A DNA stretch of 64,000 nt from Abditibacteriaceae bacterium (lineage in GTDB: Bacteria; Armatimonadota; Abditibacteriia; Abditibacteriales; Abditibacteriaceae). The position numbers and the translations under genes were made by a program. Under the pieces are notes generated by a model, which was given only the letters and a program-made list of their open reading frames with translations, had not been told where the DNA came from and made no database searches. The stretch spans positions 2,848,001-2,912,000 of the forward strand of contig OZ255721.1 of NCBI GenBank assembly GCA_965277285.1, given 5' to 3'. Below are positions 63,038 to 64,000 of the stretch, in pieces (position 1 is the first letter of the stretch; every line of letters begins with the position of its first letter).

Positions 63038-64000
63038 ATGCAAAATCAGTGGCCGTCATGGGCGCGCGAATTGGCGGCGCTGTATGAAAGCAACGCGTCC
63101 AATCAATTCATTCTGTACGGCAACGTTTACGACCGCTTGATGTTGCCGGTTGAAGCCTTGGGCGAAAAAGCCGGACTGGGCACGCTGCCCGATTTTCTAC
63201 TGCGCGTTTTGCTGCCGCGCTTCGATGTCGTCTTAAGTTATGATCTGGGAAACGGCATCCGAGTGGAGCGCGGCGGCGAAGTTTTTACGCAATGGCCAGC
63301 CTACAAAGAAAACCCCAATCTGCCGAAAAGCCCACGCCCCGCGATTGAAACGCTGACGCATTATTTTCGCTACTGCGCGAACCTGGCGAACCTCAAAGGC
63401 ACCAATACGCGCGTCGGCTGCATCATCAAAACCGCGCATCTGGTCGCGCCCGCGCTTCCTGGTTCGCTCAATTACGACTTGAACGCGTTGGCGCTTCTGA
63501 TGCGCGATTGGGCGACTGATACGCTGCTGACTTCGCACCAACTCGCCACGTTTTTGGTGACGGAAAACCTCAACGATCTCAATCCTTTGCTGGTGAACAA
63601 TCCGCAGGCGGCGCAAATCAAAGTGCCTTTGCCCTCACCCGAAGAACTTTCGAGCGCCTTTCAAATTTTTCTGCCGCAGTATCCCAAAGCCCTTTCCGAG
63701 TACTCGAATGACGTTTCGCGTCCGGCTACGCAACTCGCGGGCGCCACTTTGTCGTCTATTGAAAATCTGCTCAAGACGACCGAACATAAAAGCGTTTCGC
63801 TCAACGACAATGATTTGTCACGCTTGAAGAAAGAACTCGTCGAACGCGATTGCAACGGCTTGATCGAGTTCGTCGAATCGAAGCGGACGCTGGACGATAT
63901 GTATGGCCTGGACAAAGTGAAAACGTGGCTGCGCCAAGACATCGCGCTGTGGAAACAAAACGATTTAGCCGCGATGCCGATGGGTTATTTGTTGTGCGGG
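63038..64000 (+). CDS. AAA+ ATPase, N-terminal part (runs off window end)
   Basis: Not in the ORF track. My translation reads MQNQWPSWARE...QFILYGNVYD...LKKELVERDCNGLIEFVESKRTLDDMYGLDKVKTWL...MPMGYLLCG and ends where a Walker A motif is expected. Confidence 0.8.
   Translation, partial: MQNQWPSWARELAALYESNASNQFILYGNVYDRLMLPVEALGEKAGLGTLPDFLLRVLLPRFDVVLSYDLGNGIRVERGGEVFTQWPAYKENPNLPKSPRPAIETLTHYFRYCANLANLKGTNTRVGCIIKTAHLVAPALPGSLNYDLNALALLMRDWATDTLLTSHQLATFLVTENLNDLNPLLVNNPQAAQIKVPLPSPEELSSAFQIFLPQYPKALSEYSNDVSRPATQLAGATLSSIENLLKTTEHKSVSLNDNDLSRLKKELVERDCNGLIEFVESKRTLDDMYGLDKVKTWLRQDIALWKQNDLAAMPMGYLLCG

Overview
This is a bacterial chromosomal window from a diderm with moderately high GC. The gene style suggests Armatimonadota/Abditibacteriota, but that is an unverified inference. 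Housekeeping genes: intein-containing ruvB, trpE, ligA, pyc, groES-groEL with CIRCE, and long-form nagB. Other coding content: secreted glycan-active proteins, a minus-strand polysaccharide locus (wza-wzc-GT4-wzm-wzt-GTs, plus manC), a fused restriction-modification gene broken only in its specificity region, and a 3' operon coupling an OmpA-fused ABC system to PspA/IM30 and an AAA+ ATPase. Mobile and repeated DNA: two apparently identical inverted 857-bp IS5-family elements, a 176-bp foldback MITE, and several REP-like families that are often nested and act as insertion targets. The most striking signal is the 12-bp palindrome TCGAGTACTCGA. By eye there are about 38 perfect and 16 one-mismatch copies, roughly one per 1.2 kb and fairly evenly spaced. 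It occurs in most intergenic gaps and is written into proteins as SSTR, RVLE/D or IEYS. It resembles a HIP1-like chromosome-wide signal but has a different sequence. Two genes appear to start at ATC. No tRNA, rRNA or CRISPR array was seen. All counts and family calls were made by eye, without database searches.
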